A DNA stretch of 64,000 nt from Pirellulaceae bacterium. Its GTDB lineage: Bacteria; Planctomycetota; Planctomycetia; Pirellulales; Pirellulaceae. Each line of letters starts with the position of its first letter. The first letter of the stretch is position 1. Below the pieces are notes generated by a model. The model made no database searches, was not told the origin of the DNA, and saw only the letters and a list, made by a program, of their open reading frames with translations. The position numbers were made by a program, and so were the translations under genes. Where the stretch lies: positions 27,597 through 91,596 of the forward strand of contig JAWKTL010000022.1 of the NCBI GenBank assembly GCA_041399105.1. Direction: 5' to 3'. Below, one piece after another: positions 22,001-34,011 of this stretch.

Positions 22001-24038
22001 CCTCATCGTCAGCCCCAAGGTATTTCCGCGATACCGCGTCATAGGATGGACCGGCTGAGGCCGCTTTGGTTGTGTGGCAGGAGAAACAAGTGGTCTTGCG
22101 CATCGCAGCCAAGCCCGGATCGAGCCATGCTTCCTCAACACTGCGCCTGGTGAGTGGCTGGTAGCTGGTAATCACCCGAGCCGAAGGAATGCCAGCGGGC
22201 TGTGCCGGGTTGAGATCAGTTGAGCCATCTTCGTGGTCAACGACTTGCACCTGATAGTGCAGAGTGTCTCCCCACTCAAAGAAGCTGCCGTGGAGCGGTG
22301 ATGTGATGGCGACCTGGGGTGGTTCGTTGCCAACCTGAAACTGGAGTTCGCTGTGGTCGAGCGTCTGAAGATCATCGCTGACGGTCAAGCGGAGTCGATG
22401 CGAGCCTCGCTCAGTCAGTGTTAACTCTAGCTTCGAACCGCCATCGGTCGTGCTTGTCAATTCTTTGCCATTCAGTTCCCAGCGGTAACGTAGTGGATCA
22501 CCATCTGGATCGCTGGAGGTGTCAGCATCCACTCGAACATGCAACGGTTCTCGCCCCGCCAAACGGGAAGCCACCATCCGTGCTGTCGGCCGACGGTTGC
22601 CACGGCGGTAGACGATTCGCGTTAGCTGGGCGTCCCGATTGTCTCCCCACTTATCGCCAAACTCGATCACGAACAGACTGCCGTCCGCCCCAACCTTCAT
22701 GTCGATCGGCTTACGAAAGAGTATGGTTGGCATGAATGGCTCAATCGCTTCAACAGCGCCGCTTGCGTCGAGCATGACCGTCTGAATCCAGTTTCGCGTC
22801 CAATCGTAAATGAACCATCTACCTTGGAAACGCTCGTGAAGGTGCATGCCTGTTCCGCTTGACGTGGCGGGATAGCGATAGACCGGCCCCGACATGGCGC
22901 TACGCCCACCGCTGCCCAACGTTGGAAAGAGGCTCGAGTCGGTCGATGGATACCAGATCACAGCTGGCTGTGGGCTGGGTAGCTGCTCGCTCCCTGTATT
23001 GTTGGGAGAACGGTTGAGCGGCGACTGCAAGTCGAACAGGTCACCGGGGCGTCGTGTTGCAAAGTCGAAAGCTCGATAGGCTTCGTTCGGCCCAACGCAA
23101 TGGGGCCAGCCGAAATGGCCTGGCTCCGTGGCCCGGTGGAATTCATCGTAGCCATTCGGTCCAACGTCCAGGTTCACGTCGATGTTCGGTCCCACATCGC
23201 CCCACATGACAGCCCGAGTCTCGTCATCAAACGCTAGGCGAAACGGGTTTCGACAACCCATTGCGTAAATCTCGCGGCGGCCAACTCGCTGATCGGCAAA
23301 CAGGTTCCCCCGCGGAATCGAGTAACTGCCATCCGCCTCGGGATGGATGCGAAGGATCTTCCCACGCAAGTCTTGAGTATTGGCACTCGTGCGAAAGGCG
23401 TCAAAGTTCTCTCGCCCGCGCCGCACGTCGACTGGTAATTCAGGGATCGGGGGGCAGTTGTCGCCGGTTCCGATCCAGAGGTCTCCAGCCGCGTCCATCC
23501 ACAAGCCACCTCCCATATGGATGGCACCGGCGGCATCGATCGCGTACTCGAGCAAGCGGACCTCGGAGTCGAGTTCTAGAGTTCGGTCGCGGAGTGTGAA
23601 GCGACTCAACCGCATCGTGTGTGGCTTGTCGGCGGGGCAATGAAAAAGATAGAGCCATCCGTTTTGCGCGTAGCTCGGATCAGCCGCAATGCCGAGCAAG
23701 CCAACTTCTCCGTACACCGCCACTGGAACTTCACCTACGACGATGGACGTTGCCTGACCGCCACTACCTACGTCGACGAGCTTGACGGCACCTGCTCGTT
23801 CGATGAACAGCAGCTGCTGGTCGTCCAAGATCACGAGCTGCATGGGATCGTGGCAAGCAGACACCACCACTTTCTTTCTCCAGCCGCTGCGGGTCGAACG
23901 CTTCATCAGCGCGAGGACACTGGTAAAGCTCGGTGTTAAGCAGATGCAGAAAAGAGAATGGAATACAAGCCAGGCTTGAACAGAGATTCGCCGCGAAGCA
24001 ACGGCCAGGGCAGGCGAGAGTGAAGAGTGCATCGGCAA
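19057..24038 (-). CDS. Multidomain PQQ-dependent sugar dehydrogenase / PKD / cytochrome c / CBM6-like / ThuA / heme-binding / LamG-like protein (frameshifted)
   Basis: HMGGG, DLRGKILRIHP, GCRNPFR (GSDH); SSDPDGD..Y.W (PKD); CFSCH; NL.WIEF across the 21165-21235 shift; GHFH (ThuA); CAACH; SLMP.GLL; LWLDA. Confidence 0.8.
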
Positions 24039-24359
24039 CCGGTGGCTTCATGGCGGTGAGTAGGAGTACGTTGTTCGCAGCCTCCAGATTAATGCGAGCG
24101 GGTAACAGATTGCAATAGCTGCCCATGATTTCGTATTTACCCTGCAATTTGCGTAACGCCGACGGCGATTCCTTGAATCGAGCTATGTTTTGCAGGCTTT
24201 GAGCGACGCTCCGCATGTTTTTTAAGTCTCACGCTTTGTGAGGGATTAAATTATTGCCGATTTAGTAGGAAGATTGCTGCCTACCCGTATAAACAAAAAG
24301 ACGACCTTGGTGCATTGTAGGTGTGAACTACAGAACTCACCAACACAACAAAGGTCGTC

Positions 24360-25060
24360 AGATGAAGCTGTGAACAGAAAGGATATCGTCTGTAAAGCCA
24401 CTGAAATCCCGGAACTCAAGTTCGACGACGAAAGACTCGCTCATTCGCTGGCCTGGTTGTCTTTCGAAATTGTTTTCGATTCGATCCAGTGTGCCCTTCG
24501 AGCGTTTTGTGAAGCTGAAGCATCTGATCGACGAACGCCAACACTGGAAGTCTGTAGACGGCATGCGTGACTACTTCAGACTGCGATGGAAGCCCAAGTC
24601 GTGGCGGAAGGATTACCGTTTAGTGTTCGTAAGAACGGTCGCCAAGAAGCAGCAGAATGGCCCCGCGCGGCTTCGGACCTCTTTGAGCCATACAAGTTCG
24701 GCGACTTCAAGGTCATCGTCACGAACAAGTCCCTTCAGGCTACGCGGCTGTGACTACCACGATGGCCGCGGTTCACAGGAAGGCGTTTTTGCTGAACTAA
24801 AATCACATTGCCACATGGAATACATTCCGGTACGTACTCAGAGCGGTAATGCAACCTATCTATTGGCGGGTCTATTCGCCTTTAACTTGACTCGCGAACT
24901 ACAGATGCAAAACCAGCCTCCCCATCGTCACACCACGAGTAACCGAGCAACGTTTGGGTGTTTGAGAAGAACGATACCATTCGCAAAACGGTTGTCTCGC
25001 GTGCTGGCCGTCTATCACGCCCGGGAGGGAAGCTAACATTGACCTTCTGCCGCGTGGCGA
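24360..25060 (+). pseudogene. IS1380-family transposase remnant, internally deleted
   Basis: N-terminal IPELKFDDERL(TS)FAGLVVF jumps to VPFERF..LK; later YHDGRGSQEGVFAELK and GLFAFNLTRELQ. Confidence 0.7.
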
Positions 25061-25109
25061 AGCCTCAAGCAGAGCGTCGGCTTCCTCGACTCATCCAAAA
25101 CGCCGCCTA

Positions 25110-25690
25110 GTGCCGTTCCAGCTATTGCAACGCTGGGGTATTGTAACCAGTTTCGCGGGCGTAGCATCGGCCACGTTGAATGCATGTGGCGATGCTCGGA
25201 AGTTCCGTGCTCGATAATCCGCAGACTGCCGAATGGCCAATCCTCAGCCGCATCAACCAAGTTCGCACGCAAAGCATTTCGTTCAACATAACGATTTACT
25301 TGATAAAGTATTCGTCGTCTTCGACGCGAAACGTTGAAACACGCTTGCTGTTGCGTGTCCAAGCCAATCTGGTTGCGATGCTTCTGCCAGTGGGTTACAT
25401 AGGTCACCGTCAATCGCTGCCTGAACTTGCCTAAACCTGCATCATACTCGAGCCACATCACAAGGTGCCAATGACTTGGCATTCGACAGTAACTCATTAT
25501 CCTCATCGAGGTACTTGGCGAGCGTTTCATCAATGGCGGCTTTCAGCCAGATAGCCGTCATCGTCGAAGAACAACGGTTGCCTTGCTGTATTGCCTCGAT
25601 TTAGAACGTGGTAGATAAAAACCTCCGACAATGTGTCGTGCAGCCCTGGGCATCTGCCAGGCATTGCAAAGCTGCGCGAGCTGTCAATAT
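25110..25690 (-). pseudogene. REP-associated tyrosine transposase (RAYT, Y1/HUH) pseudogene, copy 1
   Basis: YHVLNRGN.RQPLF, SYCRMPSHWHLV (HUH), RYVERNALRANLV..AEDWPFGS. Confidence 0.85.
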
Positions 25691-26344
25691 CTGAACCCCG
25701 TCCCCGATTGTGCCTCCGTCTTGGCATTTACTTGCCCCGTCCCTCTGGTATGTCCCCCTTTTCTTTCTTACAGATTGGTGATCCTTTGGATCAATTCAGG
25801 GAGCAATGCTGCCTAAGGCGAATCCGCAGGCACTTCCAAATACCGACCGGCCTACAGAATCGGAAAAAACGTAAGTTAATAGCGAGTCGCGTTATCATGC
25901 CGCAAGTTACCATTCCAACAACATCCCATAAAACTAAGGCAGCGACACCATATTCAGATTTCTCAGATTCATCCAATACAGTATTCGGACCAGGCTCATT
26001 GGACTTTCGTAGTGGTACGTGGCCAGATCAGTCGCTACTCAATCGTGACAATAACAGTAAAAACAATTGCAAATGATATCGCGGATTCAAAATGCAATTT
26101 TCTGACCACGAGAAAAACGCACCAGGAGAACAACGAAGATTTCGTTTCATATAATACGGCTCGAGGAAGATACGGGGACGGAGTCAACTATCGCTTCTTT
26201 CGGTGGCCTGGACGACGTAATGTTGACTCCAATCCAAATGCTTTGGCGGTTGATTCGGTCCACCTTGCTTTAACGGTATGCCTCGTTCGTAGCATTGACG
26301 CCGGGCTTTCAGTTCAGCTTCGGCTTAAGGTTGATTGACATGTT

Positions 26345-26790
26345 GTAACCAAGTTCGCACATAAAACATTTCGTTCAAAATAACGATTTACTTCTAAAGT
26401 ATCCGTCGTCTTCGACGCGAAACGATTTGAGCCGCCCTGATTGAGCGTGTCCAAAGCCAATCTGGTTGCGATATTTCTGCCAGTGAGTTTACATGAGTCA
26501 CCGTCAATCGCTGCATGAACACCTAAGCCTGCATCATATTCAGGCCACATCTGGGTGCCAATGACTTGGCATTCGACAGTAACTCATTATCCTCATCGAG
26601 CTTGGCGAGCGTTTCATCAATGGCGGCTTTTCAAGGCCAGATAGCCGTCATCGTCGAAGAACAACGGTTGCCACGCCTCGATTTAGAACGTGGTAAATAA
26701 AACCTCCGAGAATGTGTCGTGCAGCCCTGGGCATCTCCCAAGCATTGCCAGGCTTGCCGCAGGCTGTCATTATTTGGACCTGCCCCCGTT
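26345..26790 (-). pseudogene. RAYT pseudogene, copy 2 (direct repeat of copy 1, 3'-truncated)
   Basis: About 430 bp closely similar to 25255-25700, with different indels. Confidence 0.85.
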
Positions 26791-26806
26791 TGTTTTTTCT
26801 ACGGCT

Positions 26807-27767
26807 TCAGACAGTGTTTCGATAGTTCGCTCACTTCCGGCACATTTACCATCGCCACCATTTTATCGTAGTCCAACAGATTGCTCGATTCAGACAGATC
26901 ATCGTTCAACGGTTGATTTACACTGAACCAATGAAATCGAACGTCCGTGGGCGTAGTTTGGCTCGACTGTGCCATTAAGGTTCTCTGGACCCTTCGTCGC
27001 GAACTGTCGCTCCTCAGTCATTGAGTGAGTTGGTACATGAACCCCATTCTGTTCTCTCCATTCCCAGCGACAACGCTTTGTCACCAGCGGATACAGTTTC
27101 CCTCGATAAAAGCAATTGAAAGTGATCTCGTTCTCTGCAAGGGAACAAATGATACCCTATCAATCAACCAATCCATTTCGGTGCTTTGTTGATCCGAATA
27201 ATCGTTCACGAGCGGAAACTTAAGAGAAACAGGGAGTCCGGCTTTCGCTTCTGTGACCGAACCTTCAGAGACACCGCCGAAATATCGTTGAAGAAACCCG
27301 TCAAAATCTAAATGCAACTCTCCTAAACCAATCAAGTCGAAGTTCGGGTACCTTCATTTGGCTGAATAGAGAAGCTTTTGAATCCGTACTAGGCCGTGCC
27401 CCTTCCCCCGGAATATGTGTGGGTATGCGTATCGTTTATCAAAAGCCCATAGTACGCCGTCTTTGGAACGGGAGGAATAGCTTCGTTCTCAGCGTGAATC
27501 GATTCGACCTTTTGAAACGCAGTAAAATCGATTTGACTCCCGATCGCAAAGCATTCGCCGGGTAACCGTTTGCTCGAAATAGGGTCCGTCTGGAATCAGG
27601 GATACATGCTCTTCTCTTAGCAGAACATCATAACGCACCAATGCTTCCGCATTATCTGCGACAATCTCCAAATAGCTCTTCGCCTCCCGCACACTCTCAT
27701 CGGCCTGGATAGATGTTGTTACCAACAAAGAAACAATCAACAACTTGAGCCAATAGTCTTTAAGCAT
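26807..27767 (-). CDS. Secreted hypothetical protein (frameshifted)
   Basis: Signal peptide MLKDYWLKLLIVSLLVTTSIQA, GGAGG upstream; collinear ORF pieces 27489-27767, 27081-27335 and 26899-27084. 3' end approximate. Confidence 0.55.
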
Positions 27768-27836
27768 CTAACCCTCCAGAATACGATTTACAAACGAGCG
27801 TCAACGAAAGCGAATATAAAAGTCATAAGGTCTATG

Positions 27837-28300
27837 TTAAAATGGTTCTTCAGGTACGTTTACGCATGGATCGGCTGTCGTGAAATGATTGTAGCTTTCA
27901 AGGTCTTCCCATGCATATCCAACGCTGGCAGGGCACTTGTACACGTTGATACAACTTGCGTATAAGTGGCAACGACGTCGCTTTGAGCAAACGACAGGAT
28001 TCGCCGGCGTCATGGTGCTAAAGCCGTGATTCCCAATGTCTGTAGGACGAAAGCCATGTTGAAGTTCCCTGCTTCGTTAACCGCTAGCTCCCATTCCTGC
28101 AAACAAACTGGAACAGGATGGTCGTCATCCTGAGTACAGTATACATCCTGACAGTGAAACTCTTGATTGTTGTTCACCGCCGTCATGCACGATTCGTTGT
28201 CGATTTCAAAACAATCCCCACGAACCGAATTAGAATCGGCCGCAACGACGTACAAAGTCGACATCAACAAGGAAGCGGTTTCTATTATTTCGCCTTTCAT
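27837..28300 (-). CDS. Small Cys-rich, probably secreted protein (~155 aa, 10 Cys; one frameshift near 28030)
   Basis: ORF 28010-28300 (5 Cys) continues in a shifted frame as ...PVVCSKRRRCHLYASCINVYKCPASVG...DPCVNVPEEPF* (5 Cys). Confidence 0.55.
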
Positions 28301-28371
28301 AGAGTTAGTTTAATTCGGGGGCAATGGAATACGGAGTCGTAACCGTTACCGTTTTTGGCGATACTTGATTG

Positions 28372-29344
28372 TCAACGAATTTCACGATCGGGTCGTTCGG
28401 CTGGCACCACCTCCATTGGAATTCTGATATCCACTTTAAGCAAATGGGCTCCATACTGCCCTAGTCCGACATCCAGCACCTGACCGTTGAACATTGCTTC
28501 CGCAATGATTGGAGCCTCGATATTGGTCGCTTCTTGATTTTGGAAGAAATCCGGAACAACACGAACGAAGGCTTTTCCTATGTACGTTTCCGTTCCTTTA
28601 TCATGTCTTAACTGAAGGATGGTTGGGCGAACTGAGACGGGTGCGATTCTTTGAATAACGCAACCAATTTGCGTCACACGTCCAAGTTCTGCGTGTCTCA
28701 TCAAAATGGTACCGGCTATGTCAGATGGAAAGGCTTCTCTGTGTTCGATCGTTATTTCCAACCAGACTTTTTCTTGATCTCTATAAAGTCTTGACGTCAG
28801 CCCTTCAAATGCTCCGGTTCCAGACACCTCGATTTCATCCAGTTCTATTGGGGGTGAAACGAGGATTGGAATGCGCTGAACGTACTTGGATAAAGGTTTG
28901 TCGACGTTGAATACGCAACTTGAATTCTCGAATGACAACAAACCCGTCAACTGATACTTAAGAACTACTTTGATTTGACCTTTAAGTTCTTCAGAATGAT
29001 GGGGACTTCTTGATCGATCTTACGGCTTTCCACTGGCGATTTAACAACCAATGTCAAAGTCAATCACTTGTTGTGCAGGAATTTTGTCAGACGATGCCTT
29101 GACGCTGAGCGCAACTGCATGACGAAACGACTTCAGTAAAGCTGAGTTCCTCCGCAAACGGGTTAAACAACTCAACGTTCACTTGCTTTCGCTCTCCCGC
29201 GTTCATAATCCCAATGTCGGCAACAGCAATAAATGTCCCTACATTGCGTTCTATTAATGCCGGATAGCTTTCGTCCGTCGGTTCTGAAGAAATAGAACAG
29301 CGAACCAAACACGCACACAAGAATGTAAAGAAAAGATGCCGCAT
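28372..29344 (-). CDS. DUF1573-like secreted protein (frameshifted)
   Basis: Signal peptide and ADIG...LFNP...VVSSCSC motif; continues into ORF 28372-28950 with beta-rich segments. Confidence 0.6.
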
Positions 29345-29589
29345 TGGTAACCTTTACTAAATGTGGGGTCTTCAATTCTGGCAAGTGGTGTGATTGTATG
29401 GGTTTAATCCGGCGACGTCAAGCATTTTCTTCATGAAATTCGTACTCTACCAGCGCAGTGGAGAGTTTCAAGAGGAAATGCAGATTGCTTGCAGGCGAGT
29501 GCAAACAGAATGTGGGGGATTCTGCATTTACTAAACGTTTATGTTCGATTTGCTTGTTTGTCTTCATTCGCAAACACGTGCTGCGTTAG

Positions 29590-30010
29590 TTATTCCATCC
29601 AAATGGCGACACCACACCGCAAGAAAATGGTTGAGGGGAACGCTGAACCGAGAGCTTGAGAATGCGGTCGGGGCTGAGCACGTGAGGTCTCTGCGGTCCC
29701 CGCCGGGAGTCTCTCGTGGGTGACCGCTGAGCTACGGTTGGTGTGTGTGATTGTCTGTGCTTATTCCCAGGCCTTCCAGCGGGGCGGTGCTGTCGCCAAA
29801 CTGCGTTAACGCGAGCCCCATCCGCTGCGTCACAGCGAGTACAAATCGCAGGCTCGTTGTTGTTCTTCAGATTTCTCGCCAAAGTCGAGGGGGCGTCACC
29901 CTATGATTAGCCGCCACTGTGACCGGCTCGTCATCCAGCCCAACCAAGTTCTGTGCCTCGATCATCTTCGGACGCTGGCCATCATTGAGAGAACTCGACA
30001 CGCTTGCCAT
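29590..30010 (-). mobile_element. IS110-family 3' remnant: transposase tail plus ~290-nt structured non-coding end
   Basis: The tail LNDGQRPKMIE...VAA resembles planctomycete IS110 C-termini (recalled, not searched). Downstream nested stems gcggtc/gaccgc (29693/29722) and agcac/gtgct (29677/29757). Confidence 0.45.
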
Positions 30011-30119
30011 AGTGGCTGATCTGTTGAATTGAGGCGGTATGTGATTTGCGGGATGACCGGTGACGACTCTCCGAGTCGGGCCAATCAGTTCTCGACTCAG
30101 AGAATCGAGCTGAGTTTTA

Positions 30120-30365
30120 TTAGAAACCCACGCTCGGCCATCCGCTCCGCCGTTCAGACGCCCAGCGGGTGGATTCCAAAGTCGGCCTCAGCCCGTAACC
30201 GTGCCCGCCAGTTGCGAACAGATGCAGCTCGGTCGAGCCACCGGCCGCTTTCAGGGCAGCTGCCAGAAGCAGCGCAGTTCTGTACGGTCGCGCGATCATG
30301 GAACGCATGGACGAAGAAGATGGGCGGAGTGTTCTCTGACGCGTTGATGTAGTCACGCAGCGAAA
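30120..30365 (-). pseudogene. Alpha/beta-hydrolase C-terminal fragment
   Basis: TPPIFFVHA.HD...ELHLFATGGHGYGLR, split over two frames; no N-terminus seen. Confidence 0.65.
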
Positions 30366-30685
30366 TCAACCCCCTTTGGCGTGAATCCTCCTTTTCTTCG
30401 TCAATTTTGCTTGGACAGCTATACGGGCCCAGTCGCCGAAGGAATCGTATTGATCAACCTGGCAACATACGTGTTAGATCAGTAGGTTCGGGCTTTGGAA
30501 CTGGCGTTTCTGAATGAGGACGGGCTGCATGAAGCCCTGACCCGCTCGGGGATCGAGCGCGTCATGCATCACAGTACAATAGGACGAAGGAAGCAGAAGG
30601 ACCAAAATGGCAAATCACGATAGCAACCACAAGACGCAGCCTCAACAACCCAGGGCGATTCGGTCCTTTCCGTTTTACCTACGTA

Positions 30686-30714
30686 ACACATCATTTCTGA
30701 CGACGCGACGTATA
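30686..30714 (-). repeat. MITE family A half copy
   Basis: tcatttctgacgacgcgacgtata equals one terminal arm and ends 6 bp before the ATG at 30721. Confidence 0.6.
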
Positions 30715-30720
30715 AACAAC

Positions 30721-31935
30721 ATGACAACAACACGATTTCAGCGATTCAAGCGGCGTTGCGTTTCCGGCGTCGTCCCATTCATCCTTTTGTGTCCTTTTCG
30801 TCCCTTTGGCACTGGCGGCCGACGAGCCACCTGAATTTTGCCGCTGCTGCGATGAAGCGGCGCATTGAGGCTCCGCTCGGCGTTTCAAGCCCAATCCCAG
30901 CTCGCCGGTCTTCGTTGCGGTTGGCCACGGCGGACGCATTCTGCTATCGCGAGACGACGGGCAGTCGTGGAAGCAGGTTTTCTGGGGCCACGCCGGATCG
31001 GATCATGGACCGTGGGCGACCAAGGCCATCGCTTATACCAGCGGCATGTTCGTGGTGCCGATTGGCTGGGGCCGCGCTCCCACAGCGTGGCTAGCGTCGG
31101 AAGACGGCGTGAACTGGCGTCATCTAACCAGCGGTCGGACGAAGCTCAAGGGGATCAAGGACGCTGACGGCGATCCGAGCGTCATGCCGGGCATGGGGGA
31201 ATTGCCGGAGGGCAAGGTGTCTTCATTTCCGGCGGCTACATGGAAATGGCCGCGACACCTGATTTCAGGAAGACGATCACGACGTTCTCACTCCGTTCGT
31301 TCAAAGACGACCCACGCCCGCACGCTCGTGACGCATCATGTCGGCCCGGTTTACTGCGGAGAAACCAGTGGTCGATTCCTCGCGGCTGGGAAATGATCGC
31401 TCGAAAGAGAACCCAGTCTTTGGAAACCTCTGCGTCGGATGACCTCGGCCAAACCTGGAAATGGCTCGAACCACAACTACTCAATGAAAAGTGCGATGGC
31501 TACAGCGGGATCGCGTCCAACGGCGAGATAGTTGTGATTGCCGACAAAAGCGGTGCCAACGTCTTCGTTTCCGCCGATGCAGGCAATACTTGGGACGGTC
31601 CGTTCCGACTGGCGTCGAACGTGCTTCACTGAGTCTGGTCGGCAAGGAATTCTGGTTGGTCAGCAGCAAAGCCTCGCGCGACTGCTGACGGTCAGGCTAT
31701 GGCGCAATCTGCCGAAGGGGATTCCGACCGGAAAAATCGTCGCTTCGCCGGGGGCACGCTGATCAGCACATCGACCGCCAGCGATTCAACGTTCTCCGCA
31801 GCACCAATAGCGGCCGGACGTGGAACGAGGTCTACTCTTTCCAGCCGGAAACCGAACACGTCCACGGTGCTCAGGGCCTACGTGACATCGTTTTCGGTTG
31901 ACTTTGCATGCGGCCGGAGCCGCATCGAATCGATA
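30721..31935 (+). pseudogene. BNR/Asp-box (sialidase-like) beta-propeller protein, heavily frameshifted
   Basis: Asp-box motifs SEDGVNW, SDDLGQTW, SADAGNTW and STNSGRTW in different frames. Ends approximate. Confidence 0.6.
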
Positions 31936-32120
31936 AGAAACAGCCGATCGAAAACATTCGTACTTGACGTCGTTCGGTGGTTCCCACCAAAAACCTCGGA
32001 TGGCTCGCCGAATTCCATATTGATCGACCGTTTCAACGCTTGAATTATTAATGCGTACGCTGGCACGAACTCCATTGTTCCCACGGTAAGCACCCGTGCA
32101 CTTAAGTTCTTGAGCATAAC

Positions 32121-32193
32121 TCGTTTAACGGCAAGCCGAAGGCGACGGCGGGAAACGCTGGAAAACGTCGCCTTCGGCTTTGCCGTTAAACGA
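32121..32193. repeat. Long REP-like palindrome (family C)
   Basis: 27-28-bp arms tcgtttaacggcaagccgaaggcgacg / cgtcgccttcggctttgccgttaaacga. Confidence 0.85.
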
Positions 32194-32851
32194 AAAAACT
32201 TATGCGTTGGTGCTTACCATTCACTCCGATGAGCTCTTGCGGAACGATGTGTTACAGCGTCGCTGATCCCGCAATAGCGCAGTGAACACCTGCACACCAA
32301 CACCACTTCCTCCGGCATCGCGAGCCTTTTTTTTCTTTTTTGTTGAAAGGTCCGCTGCTTGCGGCACCTTCTATTTCTGGGAGCAAACGCAGGTTGCATT
32401 GCTTCCGGCAACAGAAACCTTTGCCAGACGGAGAGCACATCATGGATATCTCTTTGCCAGCCGCGCTCGAGAAACGACGCGGGTGATCAAACGAATAGTT
32501 CAGGTCGTGTCATGCAATCGTTACGAGTCTCCCTGCCAAACGACTTGCGTTGAGGATTCCGACAACGCGGTTCAAGACGTGGCGTGCGGCTACCCGCATG
32601 TCAAAGCGCGCCATTCTGCGAACAGCTGACGCTCGCCCTCATTCCGAGCGTCTGCTTCTGCTTGGTCGCGACCTGGTTGGGTATTGTCGGTCCAGGTGGC
32701 GGGAAGCTTATTCGCGGGGGAACTGATCGGAGTCTACCTGGCGGGGAGCGTCGGTCCCAAGCAGTCGTCACGGTCGGATTCGCGACGGCGTCCAACCCAT
32801 TTGCAACAGGGTGGGGAACGAAAGAACACAACAATCAAAACGAGAGGGCTG

Positions 32852-33707
32852 ATGATGTCGATCTCCACATTGACGATGAAGGTATCGAGGACAATGTGCT
32901 TAGCGATTGTAATTCATGTCGTTTTGTACTTTGCTTCCGTAGCGAACGCGGCATCGTTCAAACAGCTGATGGCGACACTGCCGGATCTGCCGCAAAAAAG
33001 CCGAAAAAGCGATTGAGACGTTTCGCAAGCAGCAAACGACGATTGTGGAAAAATATGTGAGCATTCTGGAACGTCAAGCCGTAATCGTCCAACGAACGCA
33101 ACCGCCTTTGATTTCGGGACCTCTGATCGACGAACTGAAACAAATCCGTGCGTGGATCAGCAGCGGCGGAGCCCCCGTTGAGTCCGATCAATTCCTTCCC
33201 ATCATGGTAGGTTATGTGTCCGACATCTCTGACGCGCGTTCAAAGACCTTTCGATCCGTCAATATATTGATCAGTTCGCTGGAACGCGGCTGGATACAGC
33301 GTTCAAGCGAAAAAGTTGGCGACGCGTACAACGAACTGGGAGGCATCTTAGACGCAACCGACGTGCTCACTGCGGGGACGCGTTGGCATGGGAACCGCTT
33401 TTACGACGCGGCGACAACCGGCCCGACAATCGGTTTTTGGTTTGAGAAGGTCGAAAAGAACCAATGTATCGGACGTATCGAACGGGATCTAGGCTTTAGC
33501 AATCATCCGATCCACCGTATGAGTTCGACCATAAATGGTGGAATGGTTGTTGTACGAACGCTGGAGCAAATCCAGCCGGGACGTCGAACGGACGACAGCT
33601 TGGTCTACACCGGCTATGTCATCGGTCGAACCATTATTGGAACATTCGTAGGTTCCAACCCTCGAGGCAAGGCCGTAAAAGGGTCATTCCGCGTCGCCCT
33701 CAAGTAA
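32852..33707 (+). CDS. Secreted hypothetical protein (frameshift near 33000)
   Basis: Signal-like segment in ORF 32684-33016 continues into ORF 33045-33707. Start approximate. Confidence 0.5.
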
Positions 33708-34011
33708 CTTTCGGCTATTCGGAATCGAAGGACGATGCGAGACGCGAGTACGTATTTCAAGACCATGTTCGCTGGAACGATTGCACGTGTATCGAACTTT
33801 TTGTCGAAGTGGATTGCTTCGACCATTTGATCAAACTGACCCGACTGTGCCGACCGGGTGAAACGACTCGTTTGTTACTGACAGTATCCGCCTCAGGCGT
33901 CCTTCCTTCGACAGAGTAAGCACTTCGGCATGGTCTTTCCAGTTAAATCTACCAGTTGAGCGTTAGATTACGGTTCCAAAGAACCGGACGTTAACAAAAG
34001 AGCGTGCCGCT

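Noticed and set aside
30525-30570. Hairpin gcatga...cgctcg...cgagcg...tcatgc as a functional RNA
   Set aside because: Single copy, short stems, no supporting context.
32200-32830. Possible ncRNA or riboswitch around the poly-T run at ~32327
   Set aside because: No recognisable conserved motif or convincing stem by eye; needs an Rfam scan.
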